Shown here in pieces: positions 19,081 through 28,126 of a stretch of 64,000 nucleotides of DNA (the first letter of the stretch is position 1; each line of letters begins with the position of its first letter). This stretch comes from an uncultured Candidatus Entotheonella sp. (GTDB taxonomy: Bacteria > Tectomicrobia > Entotheonellia > Entotheonellales > Entotheonellaceae): NCBI GenBank assembly GCA_965215335.1, contig CBDCDA010000002.1:1088001-1152000 (forward strand), given 5' to 3'. The notes under the pieces were generated by a model. It was given only the letters and a program-made list of their open reading frames with translations. It was not told the origin of the DNA and made no database searches. Position numbers and translations under genes: made by a program.

Positions 19081-20428
19081 ATGCAACCACGCCAGATTGA
19101 GAGCAACTCCAATGTCGCCTTGGGCAACCTGCTTCGGGGCATGCTGTCCGGTGTCGAGGTGCGTTCCGAGCACACGCAGGTCATCCGAGATCACCCAGGC
19201 TGGCGGCCCGACAATTTGATCACCACCCCCGGCCGCTCGCCCGTCATCATCGAGGCGGAATACTTGCCGGCCGCCACCGTCGAACCCGAGGCCAAGGATC
19301 GCCTGGGCGCCGAGATCGTTGACGATTCGCGGCCCGTCGAAGCCGTCATTGCCCTGCGCTCCCGAGACCCTCAGCCACGCCGAGGACCTGCAAGACACCT
19401 TGCGCGAAGCAGCGCTTTCGTGGTGCGCGTTCACCCAAGGTGAAGGCAAGATCCCGCACAGGTTTCCGGATGCTGGCTGGCTCGACGGTTCAGTTGACGA
19501 TTTGGCGGACCTGGTTCGCTTGGTATCCGTTCCACGACAGGCGGTAGACCGGGCCGTCAACGTTCTGGAGCGGGGCATCAACGTGGCTGCCAACCGGCTT
19601 GGCGAGCTGCAGGCCACGCGCTCGCACATCACAGCACAGATCGTTCGCCTGCTGAAATTGGCCGACCTCAAACAGACACACCGCATGGCCTGCGCCATCA
19701 TCGCCAACGCCATGGCATTTCACGACCACGTCTATGGCATGCACGCCGGCATACAACCCCTTGATGACGTATGCGGACCGCGCGTCGCCAATCCAAAAGC
19801 AGCCGTTGTATCGGCCTGGGATCACATTCTCACCATCAATTACTGGCCCATCTTCGCCATTGCCAAAGACCTTGTCAGCCAGCTTCCAACCCAGGAAGCC
19901 GTGAAGCTGCTGCGCTTGTTGCGAGACACCGCCAGCGAGGTGGCCGCCACTGGCGTCACCAACGCCCATGACCTCACCGGCCGCATCTTCCAGCACCTCA
20001 TTGCTGACCGCAAATACCTAGCGACCTTTTACACCCTGCCATCCTCCGCCGCGCTGCTGGCACGGCTCGCCGTTGCCAAAATGGAAGGTGTCGACTGGGC
20101 CAGCGCGGACGCTATTGGTGGCCTGCTGTCCGCGGTGTATGAGCAGATCGCCTTGCGCCATGAACGGGCCGGCGGCGACCTTGAGGCCCCCTGCACGCCG
20201 GGATGATGGAAGAGGTATTGTACGGCTGCGACATCGTGCCGTCTGCCATTCACATCACCAGCTCGACCCTTTTCGGGGCGCAGCCCAACGTGCGCTACGG
20301 TCGTTCGCGCCTGTACATCGCGCCATACGGACAGCAGACGGGCAGGTATACAAAAAAGGCCGGAGGCAAGGGGGCCGAAGTCAGAGTCGGTTCACTGGAA
20401 TTGTTGCAATCAGTCAGTCAGAGGGTAC
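19081..20428 (+). pseudogene. Degenerate restriction-modification (N6-adenine methyltransferase, type IIG-like) gene, frameshifted and truncated by IS5
   Basis: DLTGRIFQHLIADRKYLATFYT and LYGCDIVPSAIHITSSTL spread over three frames; SAM-binding motif region missing. Confidence 0.7.
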
Positions 20429-20430
20429 TA

Positions 20431-21200
20431 GGCTCAGGACCTATAAAGGGTCATCATTGAACATATCGGATTCAAGACCCTGACTCCATGGGGAGGCTCA
20501 TCATGCCCGATCATCACTTCTGGCTCTCCGATGCGCAGTTTGCCCGACTCCAACCCCTGCTGCCCAACAAGGTGCGCGGCGTCCCACGCGTCGATGACCG
20601 AAAGGTCGTCAGCGGCATCATCCACGTCATTCGCCATGGCCTCATGTGGCGCGATGCCCCGGCCTGCTACGGTCCCCACAAGACCCTCTGCAACCGCTTC
20701 GTGCGCTGGAGCAAGGCCGGGGTGTTCGGGCGCATTGCACCGCTGCCAGCCTGCTGAAAAAGGGGCTTTTCCGCGTCAGATCGGGCGCGCCCGAGGCGGC
20801 CTGAACTCCAAACTCCATACGGTCTGTGACGGCGATGGCAAGCCCATCGTGCTGCTGTTGACAGCGGGTCAGGTCAGCGACTATCGCGGGGCTGATACGA
20901 TTGTGCCTGCTCTACCGGCGTCCGGGGTCCTGATAGCCGACAAGGGCTACGACAGCAACCGGTTGCGCCAGGCGCTTGCCAGGCGAGGCATGGCGTCGTG
21001 TATTCCGGGCCGTGCCAATCGTAAAGAGCCGATCGTCCATGACCGCGAGCTATACAAGAGCCGCAACCTCATCGAGCGTCTGTTTGGTCGTCTCAAGGAT
21101 TGGCGTCGCATCGCCACGCGCCATGACCGGTGTGCGCACCCCTTTTTCAGTGCCATCTGCCTTGCTGCCACGGTCATCTTCTGGTTATGAGTTCTGAGTC
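20431..21200 (+). mobile_element. IS5-family (IS427-like) element, two-ORF transposase with frameshift site
   Basis: orfA (VDDRKVVSGI..WRDAP..YGP) and orfB (IGRARGGLNSKLH, ADKGYDS, IERLFGRLK); GAAAAAGGGG at the junction; IRs GGCTCAGGAC / GACTCAGAAC flanked by TA. Confidence 0.85.
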
Positions 21201-21310
21201 TAGTGGGACACATGCACCTTGACTCGGCAAGGTCCTTCTTCTACGCTGCCACCCCTTCTTTCCACAGGCGGAAAGGACACATAATCAACTTCAGGTAAAG
21301 GAGAAAGATT

Positions 21311-22735
21311 TTGACACGACTCATGAAGGGTCTCTTGTTGGCAGGATTGGGGTGTGCGGTGATGCTGGGTTCCTCCTTCCGCCCTCCCGTACAGGCTCAG
21401 ACCGACTCTTTGACGTCGGCGGAGATCTCGGACCTCAGAAAACTGCTGTCCTGCATCAAGGCCATATCCGTTACGGGACGAGCGGACTCGTTGCCGGCCT
21501 ACGACGTCGTCTTCGAGGGCTGCAACGTGCACGTGCGCAACAGTCTCGGCAGGACTGACAGGAGCAACGGCGTCGGCAATCTCATCGTTGGCTACAACGA
21601 GGATGATGTCATGGTCACCCCGGATTCGGAGGATGGCGATTTCGGCACTAACGACCGGAGTGGGTCGCATAACGTGGTGATCGGCCCGGAGCATACGTAT
21701 TCGAGTTATGGGGGGTTGGTGGCGGGCTACCGCAACACCATCAGCGGCAGGTATGCCAGCGTTAGCGGCGGCAACAACAGTGAAGCCAGTGGTCTCGTCT
21801 CCAGTGTCAGCGGTGGTCTTCGAAATACAGCCAGCGGCGAGCATGCCAGTGTCAGCGGCGGTCATGACAACGAAGCCAGCGGCCGTCATTCCAGCGTCAG
21901 CGGTGGTCTTCGAAATACAGCCAGCGACAACAATTCCAGTGTCAGCGGTGGTTCCAACAATACAGCCAGCGGTTCGAATTCCAGCGTCAGCGGCGGTGAT
22001 AACAACGAAGCCAGCAATAGGGGTTCCAGTGTCAGCGGTGGTTCCAACAATACAGCCAGCGGCGATCGGGCCAGCGTCAGCGGCGGTTCTCGCAACGAAG
22101 CCAGCGATGTGGTTTCCAGCGTTAGCGGCGGTCATAACAACGAAGCCAGCGGCGAGTTTGCCAGCGTCAGCGGCGGTCATAACAACGAAGCCAGCGGCTA
22201 TTCTGCCAGCGTCAGCGGCGGTCATCACAACGAAGCCAGTGGCTCTTCTGCCAGCGTCAGTGGCGGCAGCTACAGCATCGCCAGCGGCGCGTATGCCAGC
22301 GTCAGCGGCGGCTGGAACAACGAAGCCAGCAATACGGGTTCCGGTGTCAGCGGTGGTGCCAACAATACAGCCAGCGGCATCAATTCCAGCGTCAGCGGCG
22401 GTGACAACAACGAAGCCGGCGGCAAGCGGGCCAGCGTCAGCGGTGGTCTTCGAAATACAGCCAGCGGCGAGCAGGCCAGTGTCAGTGGCGGTAATGACAA
22501 CGAAGCCAGCGGCAAGCAGGCCAGTGTCAGCGGCGGTCATACAAACGAAGCCAGCGGCAAGCAGGCCAGTGTCAGCGGTGGTCTTCACAACGGAGCCAGT
22601 GGCCTGCTCTCCAGTGTCAGTGGCGGTCGTGGCAACGAAGCCAGCGGCCTTCAGTCCAGCGTCAGTGGCGGCCAAGAGCGTACGGCTGCCGGCCCGACGA
22701 ACTGGAGAGCCGGCGATCTATTTGAAGACAAGTGA
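21311..22735 (+). CDS. Secreted repeat protein with 21 x 15-aa SVSGGxxNxASGxxx repeats (putative beta-solenoid adhesin-like)
   Basis: N-terminal signal peptide; AAAGGAG RBS; tandem repeats counted from the translation. Confidence 0.85.
   Translation: MTRLMKGLLLAGLGCAVMLGSSFRPPVQAQTDSLTSAEISDLRKLLSCIKAISVTGRADSLPAYDVVFEGCNVHVRNSLGRTDRSNGVGNLIVGYNEDDVMVTPDSEDGDFGTNDRSGSHNVVIGPEHTYSSYGGLVAGYRNTISGRYASVSGGNNSEASGLVSSVSGGLRNTASGEHASVSGGHDNEASGRHSSVSGGLRNTASDNNSSVSGGSNNTASGSNSSVSGGDNNEASNRGSSVSGGSNNTASGDRASVSGGSRNEASDVVSSVSGGHNNEASGEFASVSGGHNNEASGYSASVSGGHHNEASGSSASVSGGSYSIASGAYASVSGGWNNEASNTGSGVSGGANNTASGINSSVSGGDNNEAGGKRASVSGGLRNTASGEQASVSGGNDNEASGKQASVSGGHTNEASGKQASVSGGLHNGASGLLSSVSGGRGNEASGLQSSVSGGQERTAAGPTNWRAGDLFEDK
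21758..22702 (+). repeat. 45-bp coding tandem repeat, 21 imperfect copies
   Basis: Recurrent AGCGTCAGCGGCGG....AACGAAGCCAGC units. Confidence 0.9.
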
Positions 22736-23034
22736 TGTGGGACAGGGCGGACTTCGGCGTTCATGAGGCCGCCCGCGAACGGAACCAGCCGGCAAGTTGG
22801 CTGGTTTCCTCTCGTTCAGTGATATTGATCCGAGCCAAGTCAGAGCGGGCCGCCACACCCCGGCCAGGAACACCTGGATATGATGCTGAGCGCTCGATGA
22901 CGTCCTGGCAGCACTCCTCCCATGACCGTCGGCAGCACCAGCACTTTGACTCGTCAATTCGGTCAGCATGCTCTCCATCAACCCTTCAAAGCCGTTCGGC
23001 TCCAGTTCCCAAAGCTTCTTCTGATGATTTCTGG

Positions 23035-23400
23035 TCATCCTCTGGGGGCGGGCCTATCGTCCAATCCGGTCTTCGCAAGCGCATTGTCGAGCGTCACGCG
23101 TGTCACCTGAAAATGCCGTGCAATTTTCCTCCTGGTCATGTCGGGATCAAGCAGCATCGCCTTGGCTTTGCGCACCGGATCCGGCGGCAACTTGAGAGGT
23201 CTGCCGCCTTTGCGGATGCGCGCCCGGGCGGCCACCAGGCCAGCTCGGGTACGCTCCCGCGGAGCAGCGATCGCTCAAATTCCGCCAACGCCGCGAAGAC
23301 GTGAAAGACCAACTTGCCCCCGGCGCTCCCCGTGTCGATCACCTCGCTCAGCGACCGGAATTCCACGTCCGACACATGAGCCAGTTCATCAAAGCAGGCG
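23035..23400 (-). pseudogene. Serine recombinase (resolvase/invertase) remnant
   Basis: FRSLSEVIDT.SAGGKLVFHVFAALAEFERSL, then ARARIRKGGRP and an HTH in another frame. Confidence 0.8.
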
Positions 23401-23544
23401 CCAGCATACGGGATAGCGGTAGAGACACCCGAGAGGTATCGCGTCACAGAACGACCTCGCGCCCTTCCTCGCATGAGCGCGTGAAGTCGATATTCGCCCC
23501 GACCAGCGGCGAACCGCCGCAACGCCTCCAGGATGCCTCCCCGG

Positions 23545-24795
23545 TTCGGTGATTCGAATGGCTCCGGCAAGTGCTCCACGACATGGACGGTCTCCGCGCT
23601 GACGTGCACGATCCGCCGAACTGCCGCGATCAGGTCACGCGGGTCGTCGAACCAGCCGTTGGGGTCGTTGACGATGCCGCTCTCCTTGTCCCGGGTGATC
23701 CGGTAGCGGTCGATGAACCACTCCAGCGGTGTCCGTCCGTTGACCTGGTACTGGTGCGCCGCGACCGGAATGCCGCTCAGCCGGATGAAGTCGTTGACGA
23801 TGGGGGTCGTCTTTTCGTCGTCGGCGTATTTCATCGCGCGCTCGCCGATCCGGTAGTGTTCCGGTTTCGGCTCTCCAGGTTGCGTGAACTCAATGCTCAG
23901 GGGGTATTCCTGGCAGGTCTCGTAATCGAGATGAATGGCTGCGAGGGCGCTACCGGCATCGGCGAAGGCGTGAAAATCCGCCGCAAAGGGAACGCGAGGC
24001 AGGTCCTTCGCCAGATCGTTGGCGAAGCGCCTCCGGTAATCGGGCGCATGGAGGATGCCGTAGACGTAATCGAAAATTCCGTCCTTGGTAATCGCTCTGT
24101 CGCCGTAGTGCGTCTGGAAGGCGAGAAGGGCGGCGTCGGTGATGTTGTCGATGCGCTTCAGCCCTTTCGCGTCATAAAGCTCGCCCTAACTGTCGGACCC
24201 TTGCTGGTCTCGTTCGTACCTGTATCGCGGGAAGCACTGGCCAAATGCCACAAGGTGAAGGTCCGGCATCATATCGACGATGAGGGCGGAAAACGGCTTG
24301 GTGGAGCCGACGCCCGGCACATAGATGGCGCGGTTGTCGCTATCGGCAGCCGGGAAGATGCGGTCCATCTGGTACTTACAATTCACGAGCACATAATCGA
24401 CGTAGCAGTGTTGCTTGACGAAGGGCCGGTATTGTGTCGTCCAGACGTTATCCGGCGAATAGACGACCCCCTTGTTCCGCCGCAGATTGTCCTTCAGAGC
24501 CCTGTCCCACCGCAGATTCGAAGAGTAGCGGCCGGCGGCCTGATCGACGGTGTAATCGGCGTGTTCTTCACGAACCAGCATGGCGCCCTGATAGTCACCC
24601 ACCATCGCGTAGGCGTTCGTCGCGCAGGCATCGCGGGAGAAGTTATAGATGTAGGCATCGCGGCTGGTCTTGTAGCCGTTGCTGAACAGCCTGAAGATCG
24701 CCTCGTCCGTCTGGCCCGCTTTTGCCGCTTTCGATCCCACTGGATAGAGCTTCTGGAACGCCTCATCGCGCTGACCGATCCAGTCGTGGTGCCGA
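23545..24795 (-). pseudogene. Type ISP restriction-modification enzyme C-terminal (specificity) domain remnant
   Basis: DWIGQRD, GYKTSRDAYIYNFS, YRPF, QCFPRY, YQVNGRTPLEWFIDRY and DKESGIVNDPN; internal stop; N-terminus absent. Confidence 0.8.
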
Positions 24796-25044
24796 TCGGG
24801 CCTACAGGATCGTGACCGCCACCGGCGCACGAGAATCCTGGCCGAACACCTTGCCACCCTCCCGGCGCGAGCGTTCGCCTTGGGTGCGCTGATTCCCCCG
24901 CAAATTCAGGACGTGAATCGAACGACCGGCGCGAGGCCGCGGCCTCGGAGCGGGTCCTTGCGCAGTGCGAGAGCACCGAGAGGGCGCCGCTGGTATGCCA
25001 CGCTGAACCCGCAGCCGGCCGGCACCACGGTGGAAGGCCGGGTG

Positions 25045-25190
25045 CCGACGACGCGCTGGAGCTTTACGACGACAACGGAAACGGCAGGATCACATGCAAG
25101 GAAGCGAGGCACCACGGCATCGCACCGGTGCCACGTGGCCATCCGGCCTACCCCTACATGCGCGATGCCGACCATGACGGCGTGATGGCC
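25045..25190 (+). pseudogene. Excalibur-like calcium-binding domain fragment
   Basis: ALELYDDNGNGRITCKEARHHGIAPVPRGHPAYPYMRDADHDGV. Confidence 0.55.
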
Positions 25191-26050
25191 GATACGAGCG
25201 ACCGTAAAGGGAGATCGACGCCGCTTTGTCTGGATTTCCGGTCACGGCGTAGCCCAACTTCGCCGTGCTCACCACGCGGGGCCGGTCATGCTTCTCATCG
25301 GTCGTTTCCGCGGCCGTCGTCTGCCCTGACTCGCATCCACCTGCAGATTGCGCTGCCCGGTCCGCCTTCGTGGGCCTTTGGGATACCTGAACGTCGGTGG
25401 TCGCCACGAAGACGACACTTCACGGCCGCATTGGCAACCGTGCTGACCAAAACCCCCTCCACGCCGATCACCGCGCCCCTGCCGCCGCCTCCGATCACGC
25501 CGCCCGTCACCAGGCCCGCCAAGGTGCCCCCATACCTGGAGTTGAAGGAAGCCCGGATTTCAGTTGAGGCCGCAAAGAAATGACGCCAAGCCCGTGCCGA
25601 ATGCCGCACCGGTTGTCAATTGGACTTGGCCAAATCTGCAAAGGGCAATCTACGGCAGGCTTGACAGGAGGCCAATAGCGGGGAGGGGTAGAAGCCGACG
25701 ATCGGACAGTTCTGAAGTCGTCTCCCGAAGCGGGGAATCACCTTATCGTGTGGCGTCAAGGCACGTCCATGGTCAGGAGGACATGTTCTTCGAGATTCGT
25801 TGTCTGGACGACGCCTGCGATGGCGCCGAGCATGCCGGGCAGCAGGTCAGTCGGGTGGCCTGGAGCGTGTCTTGATGGTGCCGAGGTTCGGAAGGCCCAT
25901 AGCCGGCCAAGGTGCATGCCAGGAACGTAGCGCCGGCACGCAGGTAAAACGGCGGTGCAAAGACCTGGGTCAGCAAGTCCGTGCCGCGTCGGGACAGACC
26001 AGACACCGGCCGAGTGGGTACAAGATTTCATGCGCTTTTTCTCCACTCTT

Positions 26051-26125
26051 GGGGACAACTGGGGACAAATTCGGCCCTGCTGTCCCCGGAAACAACCACT
26101 TCATCCGTTTTTAATCAATGGTTTA
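26051..26125. repeat. GGGGACAA iteron-like repeats (direct and inverted) with IHF-consensus site
   Basis: GGGGACAA twice, inverted TGTCCCC, and AATCAATGGTTTA at 26113-26125. Confidence 0.45.
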
Positions 26126-26494
26126 CAAGAACATCCCTGGAGGCCGTGCCCGGAGTGCACGATGAGGGAAGGCTTGTAGGGGGCTGCGTCGAGCAGGGAG
26201 AGCGCCGGGGCTTTCATAGTCGAGATCGAGCCAGAGGCCGGGCACGCCGATGATGTCGTCGGTCTTGCCGCGTGTGCGCCCGTTGTCGGGCTGTTGTCGC
26301 CAGATGCCGAGGCCAAAGTAGCAGTTCTGCTCAAGGTCGAGTTCGGGGATAGGGTCGGTGACGGGAAACCAGAGGGTTTGTCGGCTTGGGGTGTAGAAGA
26401 TGGTGAGCCAGCCGGATTCGGCGTCGCCGTAGAGGATCTCCTTGAACATCTGCGGCCCTATGGAAATCTCGGGTGGCATTTCCTGCTGTTGCAT
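26123..26494 (-). pseudogene. Truncated primase-like (AEP/RepB'-type) replication protein N-terminus
   Basis: NCYFGLG...RGKTDDIIGVPGLWLDLD (hWhDhD); truncated after the motif. Confidence 0.55.
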
Positions 26495-26655
26495 GGTATG
26501 TTTCCTTCGCCAAGTATGGTGCTTTCAAGTTACCGTCATGAGCTTTGTGGCGTAACGAATCCGCTGCTCCCATTCCGGCCAGAATGGGGGCAGTTCCGTT
26601 TATGCTCCTTATTGCCTGCCGCGTGTTACACCTCCTTCCTTAGGCGAGGCGAAAT

Positions 26656-26674
26656 TGTCCGCTTTTTGTCCGTG
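26656..26674 (+). promoter_or_regulatory. Paired arm-type integrase sites (right arm)
   Basis: TGTCCGC-N3-TTGTCCGTG, matching 15284-15303. Confidence 0.6.
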
Positions 26675-26783
26675 AAAAAAGGTTCGGCGTTTCCGCCAGT
26701 TTTTGGCACTACCCCGTCAAATTACTGAAATTGAAGGAAATGGGCGGAATCTGAAGGAAGGTTCAGGGGGCGGGTAGTTCATC

Positions 26784-26795
26784 ATCGAGGAGATG
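26784..26795 (+). repeat. attR core (also supplies the sdhB RBS)
   Basis: ATCGAGGAGATG followed by CAGTGATG, the likely original sdhA end (EEMQ*) coupled to the sdhB start. Confidence 0.85.
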
Positions 26796-26800
26796 CAGTG

Positions 26801-27547
26801 ATGGTCATGGCAACGTTCAAGCTGTGGCGCGGCGACCGCGAGGCGGGTCGCTTCGAGGACTATCAAACGGACATCACCGAGGGGATGGTCGTGCTCGACG
26901 CGGTGCACCAGATCCAGGCCGAACAGGCCCACGACCTCGCCGTGCGCTGGAATTGCAAGGCTGGCAAGTGCGGTTCATGCTCCGCCGAGGTGAACGGCAG
27001 CCCGAAACTCATGTGCATGACCCGCTGCAGCGACATCCCGATGGACAGGCCGGTGACCATCGAGCCGATGAAGGCGTTTCCGCTGATCAAGGACCTCGTC
27101 ACCGACGTGTCGTGGAATTTCCAGGTCAAGAAGCAGATCAAACCCTTCAAGCCCCGACAACCCGATGCGGACGACGGCACGTGGCGCATGGCGCAGGCCG
27201 ACATCGACCGCGTGCAGGAATTCCGCAAGTGCATCGAGTGCTTCCTGTGCCAGGACGTCTGCCACGTGCTGCGCGAGCATCAGTTGCACGACGCCTTCAT
27301 CGGCCCACGCTTCTTCGTGTACGGGGCCTCCCTGGAAATGCACCCGCTGGACGTCGAAAACCGCCTCGGCGACCTCAAGGACACCGACGGCATCGGCTAC
27401 TGCAACATCACCAAATGCTGCACCAAGGTCTGCCCCGAGGACATCACCATCACCGACAACGCCATCATTCCCCTCAAGGAACGCGTGGTCGATGAGTTCT
27501 ATGACCCGTTGCAGAAACTCTTCCGCATTTTCAAGCCGAAGCGCTGA
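26801..27547 (+). CDS. sdhB: Succinate dehydrogenase/fumarate reductase iron-sulfur subunit
   Basis: CKAGKCGSC, CIECFLCQDVC and CNITKCCTKVCP motifs. Confidence 0.95.
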   Translation: MVMATFKLWRGDREAGRFEDYQTDITEGMVVLDAVHQIQAEQAHDLAVRWNCKAGKCGSCSAEVNGSPKLMCMTRCSDIPMDRPVTIEPMKAFPLIKDLVTDVSWNFQVKKQIKPFKPRQPDADDGTWRMAQADIDRVQEFRKCIECFLCQDVCHVLREHQLHDAFIGPRFFVYGASLEMHPLDVENRLGDLKDTDGIGYCNITKCCTKVCPEDITITDNAIIPLKERVVDEFYDPLQKLFRIFKPKR

Positions 27548-27687
27548 CCCGCCTCCGAATTTCCTTCCACGGACCTGTCCCCCCTGGAGGGTGGCGTTCG
27601 TCCGCCCTCAAGAGGTTGTTCTTCTTTGAAAATATCGAACCAGGACGTGTCCGTATCGGGCGGGCAGGGGCGGGATGCCCAGGCACG

Positions 27688-27720
27688 AAAAAGGGGCCTC
27701 GGGTTTCCCCGAGGCCCCTT
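27688..27720 (-). terminator. Intrinsic terminator downstream of pqqA
   Basis: Minus strand AAGGGGCCTCGGG-GAAA-CCCGAGGCCCCTTTTT. Confidence 0.85.
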
Positions 27721-27737
27721 GCGCATCAACAATCGTT

Positions 27738-27812
27738 TTAGCGATTGAGGATGTACATCGTGAGCTCAAAACCGAAACGCTTGTCCTGATAAGCGGGCTT
27801 GGTCCACTTCAT
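27738..27812 (-). CDS. pqqA: Pyrroloquinoline quinone precursor peptide PqqA (24 aa, MKWTKPAYQDKRFGFELTMYILNR)
   Basis: W-x-K-P...R-x-G-F-E-x-T-M-Y..NR pattern with ExxxY; AAGGAG RBS; below the ORF-track length cut-off. Confidence 0.93.
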   Translation of the reverse strand: MKWTKPAYQDKRFGFELTMYILNR

Positions 27813-27899
27813 TGGCGCATCTCCTTGAGAATTACTTCCCATGGTTGTCATTCTCCCCCTTCGGCAGGGAAACTCATCAACATCAGTTCCCAATGTTTC

Positions 27900-27915
27900 T
27901 GCAAGCTGTGTGCCA
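27900..27915 (-). promoter_or_regulatory. Sigma54 (-24/-12) promoter of pqqA
   Basis: Minus strand TGGCAC-ACAGC-TTGCA, an exact match to TGGCAC-N5-TTGC(A/T). Confidence 0.88.
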
Positions 27916-27994
27916 GAATTTGTCCAGTCTTCTATTTCACGATAATCAAAGCAGTTACGGCGTCAGACTGTCCATCCGGTTCTTGTCAAACCCC

Positions 27995-28114
27995 TGCGCC
28001 TTTTGGCGCACCCCTTTCTCAAAATTACTCTTGAATTTCCATAATTCAAGTAATTGTGGTGATTTATGGGGATGCGTCCCAAATTTCCAGGTGCGCCTTT
28101 TGACGCACCCCTTT
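27995..28114. promoter_or_regulatory. Two palindromic enhancer-like (UAS) sites
   Basis: TGCGCCTTTTGGCGCACCCCTTT (27995-28017) and TGCGCCTTTTGACGCACCCCTTT (28092-28114). Confidence 0.7.
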
Positions 28115-28126
28115 TCTGAAGGTGGA

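Larger units (their letters stand above)
15217..26795. mobile_element. Decayed integrative element/genomic island inserted at the 3' end of sdhA
   Basis: Direct repeat ATCGAGGAGATG at 15217-15228 and 26784-26795; integrase remnant at the left end; primase-like fragment at the right end; separates sdhA from sdhB. Confidence 0.9.

Noticed and set aside
21758..22702. Regular 45-bp repeats as a CRISPR array or DGR
   Set aside because: The repeats are in-frame coding units without unique spacers; no cas or reverse transcriptase gene is in the window
21200..22766. Long Ala/Thr-rich antisense and alternative-frame ORFs
   Set aside because: Shadows of the repeat gene; only the 21311 frame has an RBS, signal peptide and unique N-terminal domain
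25190..26040. Short ORFs including a glycine-zipper-like fragment
   Set aside because: No start context or family signature I can support; probably decayed island sequence
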